In this document: positions 1 through 12,131 of the stretch, in pieces | How positions within the stretch are numbered: position 1 is the first letter of the stretch | Layout: each line of letters starts with the position of its first letter | From: Moniliella sp. 'wahieum' | Taxonomy: Eukaryota | Direction: 5' to 3' | DNA length: 64,000 nt | Assembly (NCBI GenBank): GCA_003971905.1 | Contig: RSEE01000069.1 | Span: 124,001-188,000, forward strand | Notes under the pieces: generated by a model | Databases searched by the model: none | What the model saw: the letters and a program-made list of their open reading frames with translations, nothing else | Told to the model about the DNA's origin: nothing | Translations under genes and position numbers: made by a program

Positions 1-67
1 GGTGTACAAGATGCGCAAAGAGGAGCGAACAGAGTTTGAAAAACTTGTTGCTGGCCTCAAAGGCTGA
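1..67 (+). CDS. 3' end of an unidentified gene running in from the left edge
   Basis: Frame from nt 2 reads VYKMRKEERTEFEKLVAGLKG* (TGA 65-67), a protein-like amphipathic helix followed by AT-richer 3'-UTR-like DNA. Confidence 0.4.
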   Translation, partial: VYKMRKEERTEFEKLVAGLKG

Positions 68-701
68 TGCACTTGCAGCAATCATCATGTGCTCGCTTTT
101 CATTGTTTGCTCTAGTTTGCTACTGTCATCGTGCCATCCGGCATCATCTATTTCGGACCGAACGCTCTCAATGCAATTGCCATCGTACCCGATGTACAAT
201 GGAGTGTACTTTGAAGCAGGCGCAGCTATGTATGCATACGTTCGGGGCTGAACGTTGATGGATGAGCCAAGTATCAAAGTCAGCAAAGGAAAGCGAGCAG
301 GTCCCTTCATGCCGATCTCATTGCTTCTGCTGCCATCTTCTCATCAATACATGTGCCCTGAGCGAACCTCACTTGTCAAAAGAGCTAGCTTCATGCAGAA
401 GTGATGGTAGCTATAAACTTGCGCATCCGGTACCTCATCGTGGGTCGGGGATGGAGGGGGAACAAAACGAATGCGGTGTGATAGCTCTAGGTAACGACGC
501 ACGGTGGAAGTATTGGTGCGCTGAAGGAGGGATGTGCTTCTTCTGGGGGTAACCCCCCCGAGGGGATAAGGCCCAGATCACCATGCACCGCAGGTAAATT
601 GAACGGCCAAATCAAAAGTTCATGACAAGCATCGGCGGAATATCGAGAACCGGATTCCGCCCGGTTCGTATGTTGGCTCTACTCAATTTCCTAGCGAGCC
701 G

Positions 702-2022
702 ATGCCCTCATCGTCCTCCATCCACGAGCCAATCAGTATTGGGCGCCACCAACCATGTCTAGCATGACGGTCCGGTCGCAGCAGGTCATACTCAAGAACC
801 TCTTCGCTTTCGTGGCCGTTGCCGCCTTTCCATACTTCCCGTTTATGCATAGCCTGTGGTGGTACGTGCACCCTCCCACCCCCCTCCCTCGTTCCTCTGT
901 TTATGGAAGGCGCGGTACTGACTGTGGCTTCTTCGTCTAGGCGCTTTCTCGATGCTGTGTACTCTACTGTCGGTCACGATATCGACATTTACCTCAACGA
1001 GGCTGTGGTCTGGTCTCGGCGCCTCTTGTTGATCGCATTTTTCTACAATGCGGTGTACGAATGTGTGTCCCTGTACTTTTACGCGGCGCCCCGGCCGGTC
1101 CAAGCAACGCCAACGTTCCCCTTTCTGGAACCAACCAGCTGAACCGAATCAACCCAGCGCTCAAATCTAATCCTGACACGCGCTCCATGCCCTCACCCGG
1201 TTTCTCTCTCTGCGCAACCGCAAAACAGGCCTGGCCAAACCGACTGGTACCACTCCGCAGAGGCTGTCGGGCCTGAGCAAACAAGGTGCGATGAACACCC
1301 CACCCTCTGGTGCTGGTGCAGTTGACCGCAGCCTGGCTAGCCCTGGGCGGGCGCGTCAATGCACCAGCGTATGACCCCATTGCAACAAGCCATTGCTCTG
1401 GCCGCCCAGTCGGCCGCAGCGGAAGATGCCTCGTTGTCGACCGATTGGATCCCACCAAACAACAGCTTTGACCAAAGCGCCGAGTTTCCTCCCCCGGCTG
1501 GATCCCTCGGTTCGAACCTATTTGGTGCACAAGGCTCTTCTGGGCTGCTCCCGCAGCTGGGAACGTCCTGCCCTCTTGGGCTTCCACGTCCCTGGGGCCG
1601 AATGCGGGAGCAAGTGGGCTAGGAATGGGGGTCAGCCCACAGGCTGCGATGAAGCCGTTTCAGGACCGTCGGGTGCCCAGTGCAGCGGACGGAGACATTT
1701 CTTGGGCGGAAGATGGGGTGGACACGCGATTGATGCAAAGTCTACGCTCCCAATGGGCTGCGAGCGATGCGGCAGACGACGCTGCTGCCTCGGCTGCCTC
1801 CCGTACTTTGGGAGGCAATTCAGCGTCCTTGCTACGTTCCAATGCGCCTCGGTTGCGCGCCACTGCTACCGGTTTCGGGATCGGTAACGAGTGTATCAAG
1901 TTCGGTATGATGTGTGAGCTTCTCTGTGCGCACAGCCCCCCTCACTGCCTCCCCCTTTTATTCCGCCTCAACCTTTATACCGTCCAGGTCGCCGTATTGC
2001 TTCATCGTCAGCAGCAAGATAG
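702..2022 (+). CDS. Membrane protein with two N-terminal hydrophobic helices and an S/P/A-rich tail; possibly POM34-like nuclear pore membrane protein (frameshifted)
   Basis: Intron 862-940 (GTACGT..ACTGAC..TAG) joins ILKNLFAFVAVAAFPYFPFMHSLWW to RFLDAVY..RLLLIAFFYNAVYECV. A probable second intron lies at 1905-1987. The low-complexity tail is spread over ORFs 1359-1622 and 1625-. The family call is inferred from architecture only. Confidence 0.45.
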
Positions 2023-2437
2023 GGTATGGTCGCCGTAGTGTCCTGGTGTTTTCCTCATCCGCTGTCCCATGTGAAACGTAGCGCGTAACCTATGAATGAG
2101 AGTTGCACTTGTAATGGCAGCCACTCCCTACCAAGTCGGAAACTCACCTGAGAAGTCCGCCTGTTCGTATCTTAGGGCGCATTGGTCTCTGATCATCGAC
2201 CACAGAAGATAGATAGTACCCCAAACCAATGTTGTGCCGCCATTGCGAGATGCGAGGGGACCGAGCGGATCGGTGATATTCCATTGCATCCCACAACACC
2301 ATATGCGCATCAAGTGTTACGGGCATACCTCGACCCGATCGTAAAGGCGGAGACAGTGAACAAAGTAAAGAGCAGAGCAGGGATGGGGGGCAGAGCATGG
2401 AGCCAGAGATGGAGAACGACATTGGCAGAGGTACACC

Positions 2438-2885
2438 TACTTAGATGCCGGTGCCGAGCTGGTCTGGTCCTTACGGCGTTCGAGGCCTGGGCAAACAGCT
2501 CTCCAGCTCGAGTCTGCAACAGCTCAACGTCGACGCTGAAGTGGGTGCTGCCTTGGCTTCGGGCGAGCCAGCAGGAAGGACTCGCACGTTGGGGAGCGTC
2601 ACGGGGTTGGCGATCCGCTGGCAATCAGAGTACGAGCTGCCCAGGCCATACCCGAGTCCGATCCAGATGGGCCATGCGCGGCCTAAGGCAGACGTTGACA
2701 CGAGCTGGGCGTCCTGCTGGGCAATCGCGCTCTGCACGCAGAGAGAATGCAAACGTACGCTTGAACACGAGCAGCGACAAGACTGCGCCCGAAGCAAGGC
2801 CGAGGCCGGTGGTGACGACGCCATTGGCGATGCACAGGTCGGTACGCTCGCCAGTCAGACCAGTGGCGGGGGAGTGGTAGCCATG
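2438..2885 (-). CDS. MIC10: MICOS complex subunit Mic10
   Basis: GERTDLCIANGVVTTGLGLASGAVLSLLVFKR|RAWPIWIGLGYGLGSSYSDC has the two GxGxG TM motifs and the KRR loop. Intron 2684-2758. Indel in a C-run just after ATG 2885. The 3' end is approximate. Confidence 0.92.
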
Positions 2886-3594
2886 CTGAAGGGATGGTGG
2901 ATGGTGGATGGGAGACAGAGATGGAGCGCCAAGGCAAAGCTCGCGTGTGCGCTGTGCTGTGGGCGCGACTGCTGTAAGGCTGGCTTGGCCATTTGTAACG
3001 CCGGCAGGATGGCACGGCGCCAGTGTGTCCGCAGTTCTGCAACTTGCAACATCGCCCGTGCCATCGCCCATTTTCTCAACCTGACGGGACGAACCAAGTA
3101 CCTGAGCTTGGGCTTCGCCTTCAGTCAAGTCAAGCTTGATCGCAGCCGCTCCATGATCATGCGAATCTGTGCCCCAGGCACCTCCGCGCGGACCCTATCT
3201 ACGACGGGCACATCTGCAGCATCGTTCATTCACCACTCGTCTGCCAAAGCTACCAACGCCTACTCGCCAGTCCCCCTGGGCCCGAAGAGGACCGGGCAGA
3301 GGGATGCAAGAGAAATACGTTGGTCAGGAGAACCACTCATGCACCCTCCTCCTGAGGGAGAGGCCATGCGCAAAATAAGCACACACCCAGAAATACGCAG
3401 TGCATGCACATGCTGTACACACAATACCCCAAGCTTAGCTTTCCAGGGCTCGCATCCAGGGGGATGACGAGGTGCGAGCGTGAGGGGGGGGGAGGGGTAG
3501 CATCCACCAAAAGGGAGACAGCCCTGCATTCTCTTTCCGCATCCAAAGTAGGGAGTCCCGCTCGGGCAGGAAAACAGCATACCATAGGACACGT

Positions 3595-4179
3595 TTACAG
3601 TTGGATTCCCGCAGGGCCGCCTGCCCGTCCGCCGCCGCGTCCGCCGCGGTACTGCCCCGAGCCACCCCATTGGCCCCCTCCTCGTCCGCCGCGGTGACCG
3701 CCCCCGCCACGCCCACCACGCTGACCCCCTGCTTCCCTGCGCTCCCTTGTGTTCTCACGCTGCCGTTGGCGCCGCGCTGCTTCCTCTTGCTCCTTGGCTT
3801 GGTCGATCACCGCGTCGGCAATGCGTGTGTACTTGATCTGCGCGCATCATGTCACAAGTCAGAGGGTCGGTTCCAACCATTTTAAGGGGCCGGGCACGTA
3901 CAGTAGATCCACGAATGTAGCACTCTGGCAACTTCCAGAATTTCTCTCCGTCCTGCAAGGGGGGGAGCAAGATGAAGGTCAGCAACGCGAGGAGTCCACG
4001 AAATGGGAGGCGGAGGCGGCAGAGTGTCAACGTACTGCGCTGGTCTGGTAGACTTCCTTGAGCACAAGGTTCATAAACGCATCGCAGGCCGCAAGGTGTC
4101 CGTTGAACGTTTCTCCGTTCTTGAGTTCGACGAGCATGGGCTTGCCCACGGCAGCATTGAGCAGGGTGAGTGGGAGCAT
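3595..4179 (-). CDS. LSM4: U6 snRNA-associated Sm-like protein Lsm4 with RGG tail
   Basis: [36 protein letters not shown] | [17 protein letters not shown] | IKYTRI, then an RGG-rich C-terminus. Introns 3953-4035 and 3838-3901. Confidence 0.96.
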
Positions 4180-4534
4180 GGTGCCCGAGCGATCGTTGGT
4201 GGCAGTGTCGATGTTTCCACCTCGGCTCGGTTTTGGCACCAGCACCAGGCAGGCAGAATGAGCCCTCGTGAATTACGTAATCCACCACCGATTCTGCTCG
4301 CCTCATTCGCGTTTGCCAATCGGTTCGTTGAGTCGAGGGAGCCTGGGATCCTACCCGGTAGGTCTTGGACAGGGCAAGGTTAGAACGACGCCGACACCAC
4401 TCTATCGACAAGATCTACATCCTCCGTTGTACCATGCCGCAGGAGCACCGACGTCTATACGCTGGGCCGGGCTGAATAGAGATGATGAATTGACGCGGCC
4501 GGCGGGGCGAACGGCGAACGGAATAGATGGTCGC

Positions 4535-6044
4535 TCAAACGTTATTATAGTCGTTCATCATCGCCGAGAAATCAAAGCTGCCACGCGCCGAGTTGGGCTG
4601 GGTGGCATTAGTAAAATCCAGCTGACTTAGGTCCAAACCGGCGGGGGGAGGTCCGAAATCAAATTCGTCCATGTTGAACTCGGGAGTGGGAGAGAGTGTG
4701 AACCGAGGAGCGGCACTGGATCCCCCATCAGGTAAGACATCGGACATGTTCAAGGTGGAATCGATGGCTGTTGGGCTCCCCCCCGTGGCAGGAACGGGCT
4801 CTGGTACAACCGCGGGCGCAGCCGCGGGAGCATCCGAGGGATCAGTCACAGACGATGGCGCAAAGACGGATGCAAGTGCAGGTGTGGGCACAGGCACAGT
4901 TGCCAATGGAGGCGCGGCCGAAAGTGGAGCCGATGCATTCTCACCCCGCCCACAATGGGAAGTGAAGCAAGGCCAGTGGTGGAAGTACTTGGCCCCGAGG
5001 AAAGGGCCGGTCCCGGCGGCAGTTGAGGCTGGGCTGCGACACCGAGTAGGGGGCTAGTTGGAGTGGGACTGCTGGACGAGGAGGCCAAGTTGATTACCTT
5101 GGCCAAAGGCGATGCCGTATGCTCATCTTCCGACGTCAGGTCCACCACGCCCGTGGCTGGGCCTGTTGTTGCGGGCGCAGGGTGTGGGGGCACATGGGGA
5201 GTCGAGGTAGGCATAACCGCTGGGGCGGGGACAAACACCGGAGGGCTAGCAGTAGATCCAGGAGGTAGGATAGATGAAGCTTGTGGCGTGGCCTTTCCGG
5301 TTTCCTGAAAGGGGGATCCTGCGTCGGACGGCTTGATTGACGTGGAGGACATGGGAGGCTGGGTAGGTTGGGTCGAGGCAAGTGCCGGGGAGGAAGTAGA
5401 GGGCGGCACGTCCAAGTCCATGGCGTCCGGGTTGGCCAGAGGCAGTGCAGATGTGGAAGACGCAGTTCGTGGGGGGTCGGCGGGGGGGGAGGCGGCAGGG
5501 ATGAGAGGCGGGACAAGGGTAAGGACATCGGGCACAGCGGCTGTGTTAGAAGGGGGTGCAGTTGGTGCATCGGGCACATCAGGCGGGTGAGCGAGGGGGC
5601 TGGGGCGTAGGCCAGAACGGGCGAAGGAGGTGGGGAAGGTGCGTCGGGTCGCTCGAGACGCTCCAGCTCGTCGAGAAGGGCAGTTTGCGCGGTGGCGAGC
5701 CAAGTGCGGAGCGTTTCGATGCCAGCGCGGTACGCAGCATGGGCTCTCCGCACCGCCAGCAACTCGGTCGGTTCGCAGGTGAGGGTGGCGTTGGCGCGGA
5801 TGGCAGCGTTGGGGAAGACAGAAGGGTGGCCTGCGGCAGAAGCAGAGGCATCGCCCTCGCTCGCGGAGCCAGAAGACGACCGGGAGGCCATCGCACTGAT
5901 GCGGGCTGCATCGGCGCGCCATTGCATGGCTACTGCGGTGGCCTCGGCAAGGGCGTGGCATTGGGACTCGATGTCCTTGAGAAGCGCACCGGGGGCGTGT
6001 TGCATCATGCTCGCAGTGAGCTTCTCGCGTGGGGCAGGTGGCAT
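4535..6044 (-). CDS. Hypothetical protein: helical N-terminal region, Pro/Ser/Ala-rich linker, acidic-aromatic C-terminus (frameshifted)
   Basis: Stitched from ORFs 5136-6044, 4846-6129 and 4535-4906. N-terminal LLKDIESQCHALAEA..LRTWLATAQTALLDELERLE; C-terminal MDEFDFG..LDLSQLDF..FDFSAMMNDYNNV*. Confidence 0.65.
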
Positions 6045-6431
6045 GGCGCGGCCTGGGCGTGGCTGGACGAGTGGTGCTTGGTGGGTACTTGGGCTTGTTC
6101 AAGTAGGTAGCCGTCGCGGCAGGAACCACGCGCAGCTTGCCGCTCTTGAAACTTGAAGTTTAGGCTGGAGCTGAGCTTCTGAGAGTTGCCATAGTTATAC
6201 CAGGGTTGTCGGAAACCAGTTGTTACAGTTTGCCTTTTCCTTGCCAAGTACCACAACCTCTACAGAACATCAACAGGACCCCCTGCCGCCGCTGGACCAA
6301 TTTATCCACAATCGTACATTCACACTTCCCTGCACCCCTTACGTGCGTGCAGGAGGTTCGTCCTCAGGAAAGAAAGACGTAGGAAGCACCCAGCTGACCC
6401 TTAGGCGTCTCACCCCTCCCCCATCCCTCTC

Positions 6432-9054
6432 TCACCACACCATCTCCTCGTCCAGCTTGTAATCCGCCAACAACGCGTCCTCTTCCGCGCGCGGCGCGCC
6501 GCTGTTGCTCCCGCTCCCGCTCGCTTGATCCCGTCGAAGACGAGGGCGAAGCAACCGGCTTGGCCGGGGTTGCACGGGACCTCGACCTCGCTGCTCGCGA
6601 CGTGCGTTTCGCTGTGGCCTTGGGCGTGGATGCCGTCTTGGTTCTTAGCCTTGACCTTGGCCGGAGCCTTGCCAACCGGCTTGGCAGTGGGTTGGCGGTG
6701 CACTGAGGGTGCACTTGTCCGGTCATGCCCGCTGGCCCTGCGTGACAGCTTTGGCGGAGGATCGCATTGCTTTCGTTGCAGCAGAAGTGGCCGCGCCTTC
6801 TTCCGTGTCTGAAGAAAGAGGAGATGAGGCGACCTCACGCACGGGGGCGGAGGCCTTTCGAGGTGCTGTGAGCACCACAGGTTCCATAGCAGGACGGCGC
6901 ACGGCGCGGCGCGGACGTCTTCCCAAGGGCGGAGAAGCAGTTCGTTCCTTCTGGCTGGAAAGATCTGTCTGAGTCGGAGCGGTTTCGGAGCGGATGGCGG
7001 TCCCGCCTGGGACGACCGGGTCAGGCGAAAACCGCATAGGTCCGCGCCGGACCGTACGATGGGTAGATCGAGACGAATGTTGACGTTGACCGATTCCAGT
7101 CTGCGGCACAGAATCGCTTGCGGCCGATTGCGTCTCATTCTCCTCATCTGAGAACCCCGAGTGAGACGTTTCCTCGTCCTGCCTCTGCTGGTGCCCCTTA
7201 CGGACGCGAGCTGTACCAGGAACTGCAGAAGGGGTTGCCCTGGCCGGACCAACATCAGGATCGGACGAGTCGCGGAGTGTGTTCACCTCCTTCTTCCGTT
7301 CTCGTGGGTTCATCGACCTCCCACCTCGACCACGGGTGCGAACGCTACCGCGCTGTACTTGTCCGCGTCCGCGACCGCGACCGCGTGTGGAGCGAACAGA
7401 AAGAACGGGCTCTTCCTCTGACAAATCGGAGGACGTCTGCTGATGCTCAGAGGCGGCAGAAGCCAACTGCAGCTGGGCACGCGTCTTGGTTGGGTGAGAC
7501 GCCCCACGACGGGGGAGAAGCGAAACGAATTTGTCCAATTTGTACGTCTTGGACTTCTTCTTGCCTTTTCCGTGGGGTGGAACGTGACCCGGAATGTGCA
7601 AGTCGAGCGGGGCCGAGCTAGAGCTGATGGGGTCGTCGACCACTTCCTCACTTTCCTCTACCACGGGCCGGGAAGGCCGAACGGAGGAAGAGCCAGGACG
7701 AGGCAGGGATTGGAGGAAAGTGGTAGCCACCGTGCTGAGGCCCGGAGGGGGGTGCACTTTTTTCCCCACTTGCCCCATCCCCCAAGACCGACCTGGACCA
7801 GAAGGCTTCTTGAGCTCAGGATCGTGTCTGGCGCGCTTTGGATTTTCATCGGATGCTTCTACTTCAGAGGACGAAAAGAGCTGATGCTTAGGATCCGAAG
7901 AACGGGGAGCGAGACTGTTCGGATCCGGATTCGGATCCGGATGCGCCTCCTGCATGGCCGCGTCGGTTTCCCCTGCTCCCTTTTCCTCCGCCAGTGCTTC
8001 CGAGGTGGGAGGGCGGATGGCCTGGCGTCTTTGGTGCCGTGCGGTGGCCCTGACCTCAGCCAAGATACCAAACAAATCGGACGAAGGGTGGTCTTGCTCT
8101 TCCTCCCCTGTCGCATTCGCCAAAACAGAATGCTCTCCCTGCTGAGCGGCAACAGGGACCGACACTGTTCCCGGTGACCCTACCATTTGGATCCAATTCT
8201 CCACCCTGGACTGTCCCTGGGCGCGAGAGGGGGAGTGGGAGATGCGATCTTTGTCCTCCGAAGACTCAAAGACGACCAACGGATCGGAGCGGAGAGCTGC
8301 ACGCGCAGCGTAGGCGGGCACAGGCGGTGGGCTGCCCTCCAACTCGAGTTCTGGTGCATGAAGAGAAGCCAGAGGGGCCAAGGGGGTACGGTGGGTGCTT
8401 GTGCGGGGCCGGATGGGCGTGGAAGCAGCTAACGCATGAAGACGTACTCGTTCCATTAAGCTCCCCGGCCGCGGCTGGGACGGAGTGAGGAGCGGCTCAG
8501 CTTGGGGCGCGTCAGCCTCGTTGCCAGGGTCCGCCTGGATGGGCGCGGGGGCATGGGCACGACCTGCGAACAACTCTGGGGGGGGAGCACGGGGAGAGAT
8601 GTAGGCTGGCTCGACCGGTCCCTGACGTTCCGAGGGAGGGGACGAGGCTGGAACGCTGCTGCGCTGTTGGGGCAAGGAAGGACTCAGGTGCACGTCTTGG
8701 ATGCCAAGGGCTGGGCTGAAGCTGGGGCAGGCGCAGGGGGGGCGTTTTCCTTGTCGGACCAAGACGGTGAGTGGAATGAATGAAGCTCATGGGATGCCGA
8801 GTACGGGCCATGCTGCACAAGGGGCGGTGGAGACGGCATAGACATGAGGAGCTCAGATGCATCCGACTCGGGCCCTCCGGTTGGAGGCGGGGGCGGCGAG
8901 GGCATGTCGGACACGAGCTTGCGTTGGTCGTCTATCCAGGACGGCTCGAGCAGGGCAGGTTCAGGCGCAGTCGCTGAGAGGGGCAGGCGGCGCGCGCGTC
9001 CAAGGCTGGCATCGTCGGGTGCGCGTCGGTGGGAGAAGCAGGGTCGCTGGGCAT
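6432..9054 (-). CDS. Large disordered nuclear-type protein with KEN box, FG-hydrophobic motif and sororin-like C-terminal motif (frameshifted)
   Basis: 679-aa open frame 6723-8762 plus flanking frames. SDKENA (KEN at 8744-8752), DLFGILAE (FGI at 8064-8072), C-terminus AEEDALLADYKLDEEMVW* (TGA 6432-6434). Confidence 0.7.
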
Positions 9055-9459
9055 GGCGATGGCGCTGGCGATGGCGATGAAGCTGGAGCTGAGCTGGTGG
9101 TGGCAGCCCAGCACGCTTAAAGCTTAACCCCCCTCCCCCGACCCATGCCACGCCGCCCTCCTGCTGTCCGCGTCGCGTTGGCTGTTTTCTTTTTCTTTTT
9201 CTTTTCGTTTCCTTTTTGTCAAGCGGCGCCGGCACGCTGTTGGGTTTGGACAAGGATTGCGGTAGGCGCCCCCAGGTCTTTTGTTTTTCGCGCTGCAAGC
9301 CCTCTCGAGACTACACGTTTGGTATGTGGACCAAGGCCCAGGCTACATGGACTGACCAGCGGGTCAGAAGATCATCTGTGGCCAGCAGACCAAGTGATGG
9401 GGGCATTGGTAATGCCAATGGGATTAGAGATTAGCGTCTACCATGCATCATGGGCCCTG

Positions 9460-11669
9460 CTACAACTTCCACACATTCTCCGCGTGTACGCCCAGGTCGG
9501 CCAGGATGCCACCCAAGGGCCCCTGCGTGCGTCCGTCCCGACCCTTGGGTCCTGCGACCGCAGCAAGGAATCCATCCGGACCGCACACTAGAACCGCACT
9601 CTCTCGCTTGACTCCCGTAGTCACCTTGGTCACCGCCTCCGTCGACGCCTCTTGGGGCGCTGCCTCGCTTGGTTCGCTCGTAGACAAGAGCGGTGCCAAG
9701 GCGGTCTTCAAGTCCTTGGCGCCAATCCGCCCCTCGTGGACAGGCAATCCGTCAATGGCGACAACCTTGGTCTTGGACGAAGGCAGCAGGAGGTGCTGGT
9801 CTGCAACTGCCCCTGGGCAGGAATCTGAGTCCCCTCCACCCCAGCCAGAAGCGGGTCCAACGCAGGTTCGGCGACCGACTCGGAAAACAGTTGCACGCGA
9901 AGTCGGTCTGGGTACCGTTCCACCAATTGGGACCATTCGGGCGTGAGGAGGAACGACTCGGGCCGTGGGGCGGCATAGAGGATGGTAAACTTGGTTTTCT
10001 CCGGAGCGCACGCTCATCCAACGTGCGTTGCCAACGCTGCGGGCCTGACTCGGGACATGCCTCGGACTCAACCGCCTGCTCCTGGATGGGGGCCATGACG
10101 CCCTTGACCAATTGGTAGGCAGGCGCAATGCCAGTACCAGCCACGATGAAGTAAATGTCCTTGACCCGCGACACATCCGGCCGTCGCTCCAAAGCAGTAG
10201 CATCAGGATCGGTAGTGGCTTCGCTCGCGACGGGTCGGAGGACGGCAGGGCGGGCAGATCCCACTCTGGTGATGCGATCGTGGGATGAGGTGCTTCTCCC
10301 TTGCGCGCACGCTCGATTGCGTCCAACGTCCACCGTTCGTCCCATTCTTTGTTAAACCCAGCGGCACGGACGGTGCCGTTGACCGGGAGGCGATGAAGGT
10401 AGTCAGGCACTTCAGCGTGTGGGGGTACCGTTTCACGAGCAAGTCCAGAGTGCGGGTGGCAAAGGCCTCGATGGGCGACTGGAGGGGCGTGTAGCGTCGT
10501 GCAATTCCCAGCTCCGGCTGGGCCACTGTAATGCTCCACAATTCGAGCGGGCCACGAGCACGCGTGGCAAGGGGCAGGTCGGTGACACCTTCCCCTCGCT
10601 GGCGGGCGCGGAGCGCATGGACGATAACAAACCCATATCAAAGGGAAGGTGAAGTTGGAGAACGCGGTGCTGGAAGTCGTGAAGGTACATGTGGTCCTGG
10701 TGGGTGCGCTGAGAAACAAGGGCCATAGCCTCGGCAGGGGTCAAAGAGTTTTCGTGCTGGGCCATCATGCGGGCGACTGCAGGGGATGTCTCTGAGATGC
10801 CAAAAGAAGGGGAGAAAAGCGCGAGAGCGTGTGGCTAGCACGGCATTCCCCACAACCAGATCGGTAACTTAACGGGAGCCAGACCAGCATATTGACCCTC
10901 GACCCCGTTAGCATGGGACGAAGGAGTCTCCGACACCGGTAATAATCTGGTCGTACGCCTCAGGAGGTGGGTCTTCGACGATGGTCATCGCCTGTCTCTC
11001 GAGAGGGGTGAGACGGCGGCCGGTCATGACACCGGGGAACCAGTATTCCGAAAAGGAGATGGCCTTCATGCCGATCCGAGTGGCAAGATTGTCGGCCATG
11101 CCCACGTCCTTGGGCGTAGGTCCACCAAGAGGAGTGGCTGGCGCTTGGGCAGGCACAGCAACGCGCCGCATTGACCTCGGCGGCAATTGCCTCTGCTTCG
11201 GGCAAGGTCATGTTTGACCAGTGCCGTGCCTCGGAGCTGAAAATCGGAAGGAGGAAGTATCTGGCCATGTTGAGGCGTCTTCTCTTGGGGTCGCTGGGAG
11301 GCAGTGCAGGTGTCCTGCCGGAGCCTGGATCGGTCACTTCGGGCTCAGCAGTAAGGCCGAGGTAGACGCCGCGGCCGATCAGCCCAGCGAAGGAGATAAA
11401 CATGGCGCAGCCCATAACGATGCGGGATCCCGGCTCAAACGTGGCCTATGGCTTTCTTTGGGGGCGTCACGTCGAACGACGCAGGTTGGGGGTTGGCTCG
11501 GGCGGGGGGGGGGGCACATGGCGTTTGGCGTCGGCGGGAACCTTTTGCTTGCCAGCCGCACCGGCAGGAGGCGCGCCTTGAATGCAGGCGGGCAAGTAGA
11601 GAAGAAGAGGGGGGGGCGGGCGGATGGGCATCCTAGCCCTATGCGCCGGGCGCACAAATGGGCCAGCAT
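9460..11669 (-). CDS. CYC2: Mitochondrial FAD/NAD(P)H-binding oxidoreductase, Cyc2-like (cytochrome b5 reductase family; frameshifted)
   Basis: Arg-rich presequence-like start and a TM segment. FAD motif IARRYTPL, LDLLVKRYP, NAD motif FIVAGTGIAPAYQL, and a Cyc2-type C-terminus VLVCGPDGFLAAVAGPKG..QGPLGGILADLG..VWKL*. A probable intron lies near 10790-10875. Confidence 0.8.
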
Positions 11670-12131
11670 GGCGGCGGCAGCGGACAATGTGGAGCCGAGG
11701 TGGTCTGGCCAGAAGAACAGAAGGAGGACGTGGGCGGAGGTTGACCCACCGCATGAAATTTCACCGCTTCCTGCTTCTACTCGGTACTCGTGCTCGACCG
11801 ACCCAGCGCAATTCCGCCCCGGAACTTTGGGTTAGGGCACGCATTAATGAGGCAGATTGTCGATTACGCGTTACGCGTTACGACCGATGCCATGCATGAC
11901 ACCTCTGATGAGTGATACCATGCTGTCAGACTTTCAGATTTCAAGCCTGCCGCCCAGGTGCTGCGTTCGAGCTTCTCGGAGAACCTGGGGGCGCTGGCTA
12001 GCTCAGTAGGTTGGTTAGTCAGGCATGGCGGAAGCAGAGTGACGTGCTAGCTAACGCAGCCCCCATCTCCGACCGCCTCTCCGACCGCCTCTCCGCCTCT
12101 CCGCCTCCCTGCCTCCACCCTCCCCTTCACC

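Noticed and set aside
2108..2150. SRP RNA-like words: TGTAATGGC (fungal Alu-domain-like) and CCAAGTCGGAAAC (helix-8-like)
   Set aside because: The words are only ~12 nt apart instead of over 100, and the AGCAG half of helix 8 is absent.
11950..12035. B-box-like GTTCGAGC upstream of A-box-like TAGCTCAGTAGG, suggesting a permuted or pseudo tRNA
   Set aside because: No T-stem, anticodon arm or acceptor pairing can be built.
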